Shown here piece after piece: positions 50,805 through 61,449 of a DNA stretch of 64,000 nucleotides. The stretch comes from Chiloscyllium plagiosum (Eukaryota): contig NC_057749.1 in assembly GCF_004010195.1 (NCBI RefSeq), forward strand, positions 21,796,745 to 21,860,744, read 5' to 3'. Position numbers and translations under genes: made by a program. A model generated the notes under the pieces. It ran no database searches and was not told where the DNA came from. It saw only the letters and a list, made by a program, of their open reading frames with translations. The first letter of the stretch is position 1. Each line of letters starts with the position of its first letter.

Positions 50805-51320
50805 GTGCTGTTTTGATCCCCTTATTTGAGGAAAGATGTACTGGCATTGGAGGCATTTCAGAGGAGGTTCACTAGATTGATCCCAGAGATGAGGGCTTTG
50901 TTGTATGAAGAGAGATTGAACAGTTTAGGGCCTAGACTCTCTAGAATTTAGAAGAATGAGGGGAGATCAAATGGAGGTGTCTAAGATGATAAAAGGTGTG
51001 GGTAAAATAGACGTGGAGCAGAAGCTTCTTCTTGTGGGGCATTATGGGACGAGAGATCGTAGTGTTAGGATAAGGGATAGCAAATTTAAAACAAAGTTGA
51101 GGAGAAACTGCTTCTGTGGAACTGGCTACCTCAAAGTGCGGTGGATGCTGGGACAGCGAGTAAATTTAAGGAGGAGTTAGACAGATTTTTAATTGGTAAT
51201 GGGTTGAAGGGATATGGGGAGAAGGCAGGAAGATGGGGGTGAGGAGCACATCAGCCATGATCGAATAGTGGGGAGACTCAAAGGGCCGAGTGGCCTAATT
51301 CTGCTCCTTTGTCTTCTGAA
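50805..51320 (+). mobile_element. CR1 3' fragment (different subfamily)
   Basis: LEAFQRRFTRLIP..RMRGDQMEV.KMIKG; tail catcagccatgatcgaat...gggccgagtggcctaattctgctcct. Confidence 0.85.
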
Positions 51321-51563
51321 CGTATGAGGTGATGGGCCAGTGCTTCATAGTGCTCCACCTGGTGGTGGTATTGCCACCACTGCAGCCAGCAGCAATTAGA
51401 TGGCCAAGATAATGGGCTGGATAGAGGTGATCCATACAGAATGGTTACAGCCAGCACAATGCAGACAAGAGGAAGATTCAAGGCAGATAAGTCTCTGGGA
51501 AGAAGTGGACACTGATGAACCAAAGAGTGGCTGAAGGAGAGAGATCATAGACATGTGGTGGAC

Positions 51564-51765
51564 ACCAAAGATTAAGTTAAAAATGACACAATACCAGGTT
51601 ATAGTCCAACAGGTTTAATTGGAAGCACATTAGCTTTCGGAGTGCTGCTCCTTCATCAGGTGATTGTGGACTAAACCTGTTGGACTATAACCTGGTGTTG
51701 AGTCATTTTTAACTTTATACATCCCAGTCCAACACCGGCATCTCCAAATCATGACCAAAGATTAA
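51564..51765. mobile_element. Fold-back PLE family A element with 12-bp TSD
   Basis: TSD accaaagattaa at 51564-51575 and 51754-51765; inverted arms; minus-strand caccTGATGAaggagcagcactccGAAAgcta. Confidence 0.85.
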
Positions 51766-52578
51766 AGATTGGTCAGACAGATTCCAGGCATATACATTTC
51801 CAGTCAGAGTCTTAATCCAGCTCGCCTATCACAAAACTCCAACCCATTGATTACATTCTCTCTTGCGTGCTCTCTCTCTCTGTTTTGTATCACACATCAA
51901 AGAAAGTACAATATTTTGGTTAAGTCATTGGAGTTGAGAGTAGAAAGAGGCAGTTATTGCAACAAAAGGTTGATTTAAAATATAAGAGAGGAGGTGATGG
52001 TGAGTTTGTTGAAAATGTAAGAAGGCAGTGGTGCTTTACCAACGATACTGCATTTTGGTAAAACAAGCAAGGGCAGGAATTTGTCGAATATCACACACCC
52101 GTTCCCATCCAATTATCTTTTAACACGTAATCATTGTCTGTTTCATAGCTGCATTTCACCTCAGGCAGCCTTGCCAAACTATTGCTAGCTAATAATAATA
52201 AATCCCCATTTTAACCTTTTTAAAAAGTAAATTAATGTATAGAATAAGAATGAAAAACAAACAAGACAAACAATGCAAAATGACGTGCAGGATGACAACA
52301 TATATTCTCATTACTTTTAATGCACGTTAGAGTTCCAAACAGTTTTTTTCCCATAATTTGTTCTTTCCTTCACTGTATGGTCAGATAGCTATTTGCTGTT
52401 ATCCCCAATTTGGCAATTTCGCCATTCTCCTACATCTGTTTTCAAACTGTAATATTGATCCTCAAACTTTTCTCATTCACATGTTTTGTCAATATATGTC
52501 ATCGCAGCGTGACATATTAATGTTGCACTTAAGGCCCTGCAGCTGAATCCTTTTTGAGAATCACTTTCCAGGTTATGA

Positions 52579-52651
52579 GCCCAGATAGCTCAGTCAGTAG
52601 CACATCAGACTTTTAATCAAAGGTCCCAGGGTTCAAGCTCCTGCTTGGGTA
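52579..52651 (+). pseudogene. tRNA-Lys(UUU) pseudogene
   Basis: GCCCAGATAGCTCAGTCAGTAGCACATCAGACTTTTAATCAAAGGTCCCAGGGTTCAAGCTCCTGCTTGGGTA is 73 nt and colinear with vertebrate tRNA-Lys3; D stem and anticodon stem are broken and the D-loop GG is lost. Confidence 0.88.
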
Positions 52652-52966
52652 TAGCCCTTAAAATTCTGCGTGACATGGGCAAATGGACCCAAATGGCCTG
52701 TTTCCACACTACAGGTCTCTATTTTCACCCAGAAAAATGCCATTTCTACCACCTGAACAAGAATGAGAGTTTCTGATGCTAAAGTACTTTTACCTATTCT
52801 CCTGTTCTGTTTAGTTTCCCAAGCTAAAGGGCAACATTTACCTTCCTTTCCCACAGGAAAAACCTTTCTGCACTCAAAAACCCATCAGAGAGATTTGTAT
52901 AAAAAGCCCCACTAAAACCAGCCTGTGTTCAGTACCTGGCATCTTCCAGTGATTGAAATTTCAAAC

Positions 52967-53143
52967 CATCATGCTAAATTGCCCCTAGTGTCCAGGGATG
53001 TGTAGGTTAGGTGCATTAGCCATTGGAAATGCAGGGTTACAGGGATAGGATAGGGGGATGTGTCTGGTTGGGATACTGTTCGGAGGGTTGGTGTGGACTT
53101 GTTAGGCCAAATGGCCTGTTTCCATACTGTAGGGAATCTATGA
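52967..53143 (+). mobile_element. 5'-truncated V-SINE (3' half)
   Basis: catgctaaattgcccctagtgtcc...ggccaaatggcctgtttccatactgtaggga. Confidence 0.8.
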
Positions 53144-53293
53144 TGATAATGCCTCATTTAAATTTTTTTTAAAATGTTTATTCAACCAAATAATATGTTA
53201 GACCTTGGGAGTTTCCCAGTTGTACACAACCCTAATAATTCAAAACTAGCATCTGACCTTGTATCTAAACCCAGCCAAACCCAGCTACCCAGT

Positions 53294-53376
53294 TAGACTC
53301 TACACTATGAGAAAGTGAGGACTGCAGATGCTGCGCTTTTCCAGCAACACATTTTTAAGCTCTAGACTCTACACTA
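53294..53376. mobile_element. 55-bp PLE family B mini-insertion with 14-bp TSD
   Basis: TSD tagactctacacta at 53294-53307 and 53363-53376. Confidence 0.75.
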
Positions 53377-53552
53377 CCTCTATTTAAGGTTTAGTAGCTG
53401 CTGCATCTTCTTGCGCGGCCCTACTTTTGACTAATTGCAACAGAGTTAACACTTTCTAAATAAGATTTCTGATGCAAAGCAACACTTATTCATTTTCATC
53501 ATTTCCTATCCAATGCGCCTATGCGCCCTGAAAGCCTGACACCTAATTTTGA

Positions 53553-53732
53553 ACAAAAACAGAAGTTGCTGGAAAAGCTCAGCAGGTCTGAAATCATTCC
53601 AGGGCCGGTGACCCTTCCTCAGAACTGGACCTGAAACATTAACTCTGATTTCTCTTCACAGATGCTACCAGACCTGTTGAGCTTTTCCAGCAATTTCTGT
53701 TTTTGTTTCTGATTTGCAACATCTGCAGTTCT
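53553..53732. mobile_element. Fold-back PLE family C element
   Basis: acaaaaacagaagttgctggaaaagctcagcaggtctg ... cagacctgttgagcttttccagcaatttctgtttttgt inverted arms. Confidence 0.8.
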
Positions 53733-53921
53733 ATCGGTCCGAATTTTGAATTCTGATTTCAGTTCATGCATGACAATGCTTTCAAATTCACTGCTACCGA
53801 CCCCCAAAATTAAAATCATCCACATGCATCATAAAGATGTCTGCAAGTTGCCTCCCCGTGATGCTGTCAAAATCACACAGGGGTTTGCATTCAAAAAGGA
53901 TTATGTGCCATTAAAGGAATA

Positions 53922-54156
53922 CGTAATGAATGGTTCGAGGTCAGCCAGGTAGACCTCTTAGGACACGAGTTCCTGTTTTGGCCAGTTAGTCTGGTTCCGA
54001 TCAGGGAGCCCTGGCTGACAGATATAAACAGGAGCGTCAGGGTTCTGTTCATTGTAGCAGTCAGCTCTGAGCTAGCTGTGACAGTGTCATGTGCTTTGCA
54101 TGTGTGCATAAAGGGTGACTGGGTGACGTGATACCAGCCTTCGTTGGGTCATTTCA
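53922..54156 (+). mobile_element. Short solo LTR-like element (family L2)
   Basis: TATA (gatataaa), cataaa polyA-like signal, ends in tttca; homologous to 29708-29916. Confidence 0.55.
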
Positions 54157-54721
54157 ATTTTGCTCCTTTCCTCCTTTTGCCTTCCCATTACCCAGTGCCT
54201 CTGAATTTCGAGGTCGACTCCATTAAAACCACAAGCTTTTTGCAAAACCAAAACGAACAGCAGGTGGAATTTGTCTTGGTGTTTGCGTAAATTCAATGTT
54301 GTTAATAAATCGGACCCCCCTTTAAATGTGGAGCTGACAGTCTGTAGAACACAAAATAGCTCACTGGCTCTGCCTGACGTGGCTCACCCATCCTCCAATG
54401 CATCACCATCCTCAATGACTGCAGTTTTAACTCTGTCAGACTGGTCACATCCTGTTGCATGTCAGTGAGTGTATTCAGGGCAACTCTCAGTGCAAACTCT
54501 CAAGACTGGAATTTAGCTCAGACAATCCTGACCTGAACTGAATGCAATTATTTAAGTCTTAAAGTATAAACAAACCATTGAAACTAGCCTTGGGTTGCGT
54601 CCAACTTTAGCAATTTGAGATATATTATTCATCCATGCTGAGTCCAAAGAGAGTGAGAATTTAGATAAATCTCTAACAGCAAAATGATCTGGACCCGTTT
54701 AAGTGGCAATTGATTTGAAGC

Positions 54722-55030
54722 CATTTATTCATTGGATGTGAGTCTCGTTGGCTCAGCCAGCATTTACTGCCCATCAGTATTTATCCAGAGGACATCACAT
54801 GTAGGCCAGACCAGGTAAGAACAGCAGATTTCCTTCTCTAAGAGGGGATTGGTGGATCACGTTGGGCTTTTAATGATGGTTAAACAGTCACCATAAGGCT
54901 GTCCCTTTACTTTAGATTTTTATTGAATTCAAATTGCACCATTTACCATGCTGGGATTCAAACCCAGGTCCTCAGACTTTGGGGTTCTGGGATAGGCAGC
55001 TCAATGACATCATCATAATGCCACCACCTT
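54722..55030 (-). mobile_element. Second SINE family, degenerate copy
   Basis: gccagcatttactgcccatc...gtaggccagaccaggtaag...gggattcaaacccaggtcc. Confidence 0.7.
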
Positions 55031-55054
55031 TCTCACATTGAAAAGTGGGAAAGG

Positions 55055-55338
55055 AATCTTGGTTAACTTGGTTATAGTCCAACAGGTTTAATTGGAAGCA
55101 CTAGCTTTCAGAGCGCCGCTCTTTCATCAGGTGGTTGTGGAGTACACAATATAGCTATAGGCTATAAATTCTGTGTCTTACAATCATGTACTCCACAACC
55201 ACCTGATGAAGGAGCAGCGCTTCGAAAGCTAGTGCTTCCAATTAAACCTGTTGGACTATAACTTGGGGTTGTGTGATTTTTAACTTTGGACACCCCAGTC
55301 CAACACCGGCATCTCCAAATCTTGGTTAACTTGGTTAT
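55055..55338. mobile_element. Fold-back PLE family A element with 21-bp TSD and near-intact minimal hammerhead
   Basis: TSD aatcttggttaacttggttat at 55055-55075 and 55318-55338; inverted arms; cac-CTGATGA-a-ggagc-agc-gcttc-GAA-agct-a-gtg at 55200-55234. Confidence 0.88.
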
Positions 55339-55839
55339 CTTAGGGGATAGTGTCCTTATGTTTATGATCTTCATTTCCATTTTCTTGGACAATCGTCACG
55401 TTGGCGTTTAGTCTCTCCTGTCTTCCACCCTCTGATAGATTTGATTTTTTAGCCCTTTGCTGAAAACAGATTAGAATGCCAACTTCTCACTCTGAGGATA
55501 AGGAGACTGGCTTGAAACATGATCTCTGTTTCTCTCTCCACAGATGCTGTCAGACCTGCTGAATGTTTGCAGCAATGTTAGAATAGTTCCCCTCCTCATG
55601 TTGGTTCTCTCATCACTCCATCGCACACCCAGAGTGGAGAACATATCCCTCAGGACTTGGTCAGCTCATTAAAACCACCATTCAGAGCATATTTGTGTTG
55701 ATGTTTACATCAGTATTACTCCCAAGTGATGTTGAAGCTTTTCTTATTTCAGATCTCCAGCCATGACAAGTGTTTTGCTTCTGTATGATGTTCAGATAGG
55801 GAGATCTATTAATCTACAAAGCTGTGGTCTGATATACAA

Positions 55840-56150
55840 TGTTGACTGGACCTCCTTATTTTTATACTGCAACCCCTTTGAAATAAAGGCTCATGTTCCA
55901 CTGAATTTGGTTGTCAGCATTTTATGTTTCATGCACTAGATCCCCTGAATCTCTCAGGGCTGTCTCTTTCTCTATTAAAGTAATGCTCAACCCCTCCATT
56001 TGTCCTGTCAATGTGCATAACCTCGCATTTCCCCCCTTTGCAATTCATCTGCCAAGTTTTTGCCCTTTCGCTTAACCTGTCTATACCCCTCCATAGATTC
56101 CTTGTGTCACGTTCACTACTTGCCTTCATGTCTATTTTTACGTTATCAAC
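55840..56150 (-). mobile_element. Old CR1 RT fragment
   Basis: IDRLSERAKTWQM....KCEVMH. Confidence 0.7.
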
Positions 56151-56269
56151 AATTTTAGATTTGTCACAGTAAATAGAACGATGGTTTTCTTGTTTTCAAG
56201 GGAACCTGATGTGCTGGGCATCAGATAGTGGGTCTGGTGGTCGCATTGGGATTCCTATCTATTTATACA

Positions 56270-56446
56270 TAGAGTCATAGAGATGTACAGCACGGAAACA
56301 GACCATTTGGTCCAACCCGTCCATGACGACCAGATATCACAACCCAATCTAGTCCCACCTACCAGCACCCGGCCCATATCCCTCCAAACCCTTCCTATTC
56401 ATATACCCATCCAAATGCCTTTTAAATGTTGCCATTGTACCAGCAT
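56270..56446 (-). mobile_element. CR1 3' tail fragment
   Basis: Same tail as 23312 and 24402. Confidence 0.88.
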
Positions 56447-56591
56447 ACATTTTGTGATGACCTGTGGACTGCCCCCTGTCATCCGAGCCAAAGGATTAAT
56501 GAGTAAAACAGCAGGCGATCAATGGACGTTACTCAAAAAGAAAGACATTAATATGGTGCAGACCCAGTGTTGAAGAGATACAGTGGGTAGC

Positions 56592-57225
56592 TTTTATTTC
56601 ATTTGTTAATGGGAATGTGAGCATTGCTAGCCAGGCTAGCATTTATTGCCCATCCCTAATTACCCAGAGGGCAGTTAAGAGTCAACCACGTTGCTGTGAG
56701 TCTGGAGTTACATGGAGGCCAGACCAGGTAAGGATGGCAGTTTCCTTCCCTCAAGGACATTAGTGAACCAGATGGGGTTTCCCAACAATCAGCAAGGACT
56801 AGCTTCACGGTCATCATTAGACTCTTAATCTCAGATATTTTTTCTTGAGTTCAAATTCTACTGTCTGCCCTGGCAGGCTTCGAACCCAGGTCCCCAGAGC
56901 ATTCGACCAGAAAAAAAAACAACCAAAAAAACTGCAGGTGCTGGAAATCTGAACCAGAAACAGAAATTGCTGGAAAAGCTCAGCAGGTCTGGCAGCATCT
57001 GTGGAGAGAAATCAGAGTTAACTTTTCGGCTCTACAGTCCCTTCCTCAGAACTGGAGTGGCCCTGAGGAAGGGTCACTGGGCCTGAAACGTTAACTCTGA
57101 CTTGTCTCCACACACCTGCTGAACCTGCTGAACTTTTCCAGCAATTTCTGTTTTTGTCCTCAGAACATCATCTGGGTCTTGAGATTAACAGTCCAACGGT
57201 AATGCCTCTAGGCCATCGCCTCTCC
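56592..57225 (-). mobile_element. Second SINE family, full length, split by a fold-back PLE family C insert (~56904-57155)
   Basis: Minus-strand head ggagaggcgatggcctagagg and B-box ggttcgaa; insert bounded by gtccccagagcat / gtcctcagaacat. Confidence 0.8.
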
Positions 57226-57559
57226 GGACCAGTACCCCAGGTTCAAATCCCAAACAAGGATGTTGTTGGCTGTGGAAGGTGGATTGGCAAACTAGGTGAT
57301 TGTCAGCCTGTAAGTGCTTCCAGTACACCTGATGACAGAGGTAAGGGCTGGAGAATTTCTCCCTCAGCCACGTTTCAGAAGGCAATGATAAACCACAGCA
57401 TATACTGGACCAATAAGCATGGACCAATCCAGTGTAGGCTTAATGTCCATCCCTTGGAAACAAGGATAGGACAAATGTCCAACAGTCAGGACTAATTTGA
57501 ACCCCCAAGTTCTGCTTGTCGAAACAGCAGCAATGGACAGCTAAAGAAGTAACGGTCAA

Positions 57560-57908
57560 AAAAGAATTACACAACACCAGGTTTATTTGGAAGTACAAGC
57601 TTTCAGAGCACTGCTCCTTCATCAGGTAGCTAGTGGGGCAGGAACATAGGATGCAGAATTCATAGTAAAAGATCAAAGTGTCATACAACTGATGCAAAGT
57701 GTTGAAGTATTGATACTGCACATCAGTTGTATGACACTTTTATCTTTTACTATGAATTCTGTGTCCTATGATCCTGCTCCACTAGCTACCTAATAAAGGA
57801 GCAGCGCTCCAAAAGCTAGTGCTTCCAAATAAACCTGTTGGGCTATAACCTGATGTTGTGTGATTTTTAACTTTGTCCACCCCAGTCCAACATCGGCATC
57901 TCCACATC
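57560..57908. mobile_element. Long fold-back PLE family A element (~125-bp arms)
   Basis: Left arm 57569-57694 is the reverse complement of ~57721-57862; family A terminus cccagtccaacatcggcatctccacat. Confidence 0.85.
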
Positions 57909-57919
57909 AAAAAGGTACT

Positions 57920-58260
57920 GGGCAGTGCGCTGGCTCAGTGGTTAGCACTGCTGCCTCACAGCCCCTGGGACCCAGGTTTGATTCCATCCTTGTCTGTGTG
58001 GAGTTTGCACATTCTCCCCGTGTCTGCGTGGGTTTCCTCTGGGTGGTCCGGTTTCCTCCCACGGTCCAAAGACATGGATTGGCCGTGCTAAATTGCCCGT
58101 AGTGTCCAGGGATGGGCAGACTAGGGGAATCATCCCTGGGAAAATGCAGGGTTACAGGAATAGGGTAGGGAGATGGGTCTGAGTGGGATTTTCTTTGGAG
58201 GGTTGGTGTGAACTCAATGGGCCGAGTGCCCTGCTGCCACACTGTAGGGATTCAATGATT
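57920..58260 (+). mobile_element. V-SINE, older subfamily
   Basis: Head, V-domain and tail acactgtagggattcaatga. Confidence 0.85.
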
Positions 58261-58359
58261 AAAAAGAAAGGGTAAGAATGTAAGAAGAACAAGCCCAGAG
58301 CCTGGCAAAGATACAAATAATAGCAAAGAAAAAAAGATGGCAAGGTAACTTTAATAGTT

Positions 58360-58792
58360 TATGAAAAGAAGTTTTATGAGATATTAACAGTATTCACAAT
58401 TATGCATTGAGCAAAATGAGACTGGTCAGGTGTAATATGTGCCCCTTCAAATCTGATAGCAGTGACAATGTCAATGATAATAAAGACATGGTAGTTACAT
58501 TAAATAACCACCTTACATCATTGTTTACAGGAGAGGAAGAGGTTAACATATCAAATATTCCAAAGAAAGTGGCATCGAATCAGCGACAGGGATTCAACAA
58601 AGATAACATATGCAAAATAGCCGTAATGGAGAAACTAATGGCACTGAAGAGTAACAAATCGCAACTAGATAGTTTCCATCACGGGTTATTGTAGGAAGTA
58701 GGTGAGAACATGGTCCAAACTGTAAACCTTGCAAATCCTCTTGATCCAGGAGCCAGATCTTTTTAGATTGAAAAATTGTTCATGCCATTCCT
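58360..58792 (+). mobile_element. Old CR1 ORF2 internal fragment
   Basis: LNNHLTSLFT.EE...VMEKLMALKSNKS...FH resembles the CR1 linker upstream of RT. Confidence 0.55.
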
Positions 58793-59285
58793 TTGAGTCA
58801 TACAGGCATAGAGTTGTACAGCACGGAAACAGACCGTTTGGTCCAACCAGCCCATGCTGAGCATAATCCCAAACTAAACTAGTCCCACCTGCCTGCTCCT
58901 GGTCCATATCCCTCTAAACCTTTCCTATTCATGTACCAAATGTCTTTTAAACATTGTAACTGTACCCACTTTCACCACTCCCTCAGGAAGTTCATTCCAC
59001 AGGTGAACTATCCTCTGGGTAAAAACGTTGTCCCTCATTTTTAACTCTCTCTTCTCTCACCCTAAAAATGTGTCCCCTAGTCTTGAAATCCCCCATCCTC
59101 GGGAAAAGATAACTGTCATGAACTCTATCTATACCCGTCATTATTTTATAAACATCTGTCAGGTCTCAACCTCCTACACTCCAATGAAAAATGTTCTAGC
59201 CTATCCAGCTTTTCTTTGTAATTCAAACCCTCCAAACCCGGCAATGTCCTGGCAAGTCTCTTCTGAACCCTCTCCAGCTTAATAA
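58793..59285 (-). mobile_element. CR1 3' fragment
   Basis: CR1 tail plus tcttctgaaccctctccagctt (LERVQKR on the minus strand). Confidence 0.85.
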
Positions 59286-59514
59286 TTGGTTAAGAAAGGT
59301 GGATGCATAGGAGAATTGTTAGAGACGATAATAAAGAATAGAGCCACAACCACAAAATCAGTATGATCTCAGAGTGATCCATCAAATAAATATAAATAAA
59401 TAACTTTGCAGCCCCATAACATTTTCAGATATTAAAATAATCAGCTGTGCAGATTTAAACAAGATAACAGGGTTTATTTATCACACAACTCTTGCTGAAA
59501 GCTGCAGCAGCAAA

Positions 59515-60127
59515 AAGCTTTCCTTTATTGGTCAGAGTACTGAGTACAGGAGTTGGGAGGTCATGTTGCGGCTGTCCAGGTCATTGGTTAGGCCACTGTT
59601 GGAATATTGCGTGCAATTCTGGTCTCCTTCCTATTAGAAAGATCTTGTGAAACTTGAAAGGGTTCAGAAAAGATTTACAAGGATGTTGCCAGGGTTGGAG
59701 GGTTTGAGCTTTAGGGACAGGCTGAACAGGCTGGGGCTGTTTTCCCTGGAGCGTCGGAGGCTGAGGGGTGACCTTATAGAGGTTTACAAAATTATGAGGG
59801 ATATGGATAGGATAAATAGACAAAGTCTTTTCCTGGGGTCGGGGAGTCCAGAACTAGACGGTTTAGGGTGAGAGGGGAGAAATATAAAAGAGAGATATAA
59901 AAGAGGATGGTACGTGTGTGGAATGAGCTGCCAGAGGAAGTGGTGGAGGCTAGTACGATTGTAACATTTAAGAGGCATCAGGATGGGTATAAAAATAGGA
60001 AGGGTTTGGAGGGATAGGGGCCGGGTGCTGGCAGGTGGGATTAGATTAGGTTGGGATATCTGGTCGGCATGGACGGGTTGGACCGAAGGGTCTGTTTCCG
60101 TGCTGTACATGTCTGTGACTCTGTGAC
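59515..60127 (+). mobile_element. CR1 3' fragment
   Basis: KLERVQKRFTRMLPGLEGLSFRDRLNRLGLFSLERRRLRGDLIEVYKIM; (ctctgtga)n tail. Confidence 0.92.
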
Positions 60128-60969
60128 TCGATGAAATACAGGTACAAAGATTTAAAGTGAATAAGGGTCAAAGTTATGTATGAAGTTGAACATGAGATCA
60201 GTGGCATTGTAGGTTTGAAGATTCGGTTTCCAAAGTGAAGAAGTTGGAACTTGAAATTGGTTTCAACATGTGTGAGGCTTCTGTAGTTGACTAGCCTCAT
60301 TTTCCTCAAAATGTCACTATGAATACTTTTAATATCTCAAACAATTTCTTTTCATAAACCACTTACATTAACTCTTGCTTATTTTTTTTTCTTTGCTATT
60401 ATTTGTATCTTTGCCAGCTCTGGGCTTGCTCTTACATTCTTGCACTTTCTTTTTAATCATAGAAGCCTTACAGTGCGGCAGCAGGGCCATTCGACCCATT
60501 GAGACTTCTGGGTTGATCAGGTGCTGGGAGTAAGTGGAGGCTCACCTGTATGGAACTGCAGGTTATGGCTCAGTACAGCCATCTGGAAAATATACACCGT
60601 CCAGACCCTCCCTGTTGAGAAGCCATTGTTGAGATACCTCTCACAAGATGTTTGGATGATTCTGGGCAAAAAATGGACAGACTTTTAAATATTTCAAAGC
60701 ATTACTGTGTTGCTGAAACTGTTGAAAGCCTGCTTCCTTGCTCAGTATTGGGTTAGCTGGAGCACAGACACATCCATTGTCTTTTCAATGAGATAATTAT
60801 TTGTTAAAATGTTCTCCATTATTAATTTAGATGGCTCTCAGACTCTCAGGTCCTTGATGAAACAGCAAGGGCTGTTCACACCTCTGGGGAAAGTATTGTC
60901 AATGGGTTTCCGTTTACCCTCACAAATATTGAATTTGTAAAAGTCCTATGTGACTCTTCTTGAAGTAAG

Positions 60970-61067
60970 TTCCTGAAGAAGGGCATGTGCCCGAAACGTC
61001 GAATCTTCTGTTCCCTAGATGCTGCCTGACCTGCTGTGCTGTTCCAGCAATAAAGTTTCAGCTTTGA
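60970..61067 (+). mobile_element. PLE family B fragment with intact minimal hammerhead motif
   Basis: ttc-CTGAAGA-a-gggca-tg-tgccc-GAA-acgt-c-gaa at 60970-61003. Confidence 0.8.
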
Positions 61068-61449
61068 AGTAAGTGCAGTCAAGTTCAAAACAGTTCAATC
61101 CACAAGGGAAGTCATGTGACTTCTGGGAGCCATTTTCAGAGATTCCTTGCATCCATTTTAAAGGAATATTAGCTTTTTCTTGGAATATTTTATTTTCTTG
61201 GAAAACTTTGGAATATTATAACTGCACTCTCCCTGATGTATTCACATCCTTCCTATAATGTGGCATCCAAATGGTACACAAAATTCTAGTTGAGTTCTCA
61301 CAAGTGTCTTAACCAAGTTCAAGACCATCCCCTTGCTTTTGTACTCTGTGCCTCCTATTAATAAAGTCCAGGATACTCTCTGCCGGTCATGCCACCCTCA
61401 TTGAACGGTGCTCCCAGCTCGTACGTTTTTATTATAGAATCATAGAATC

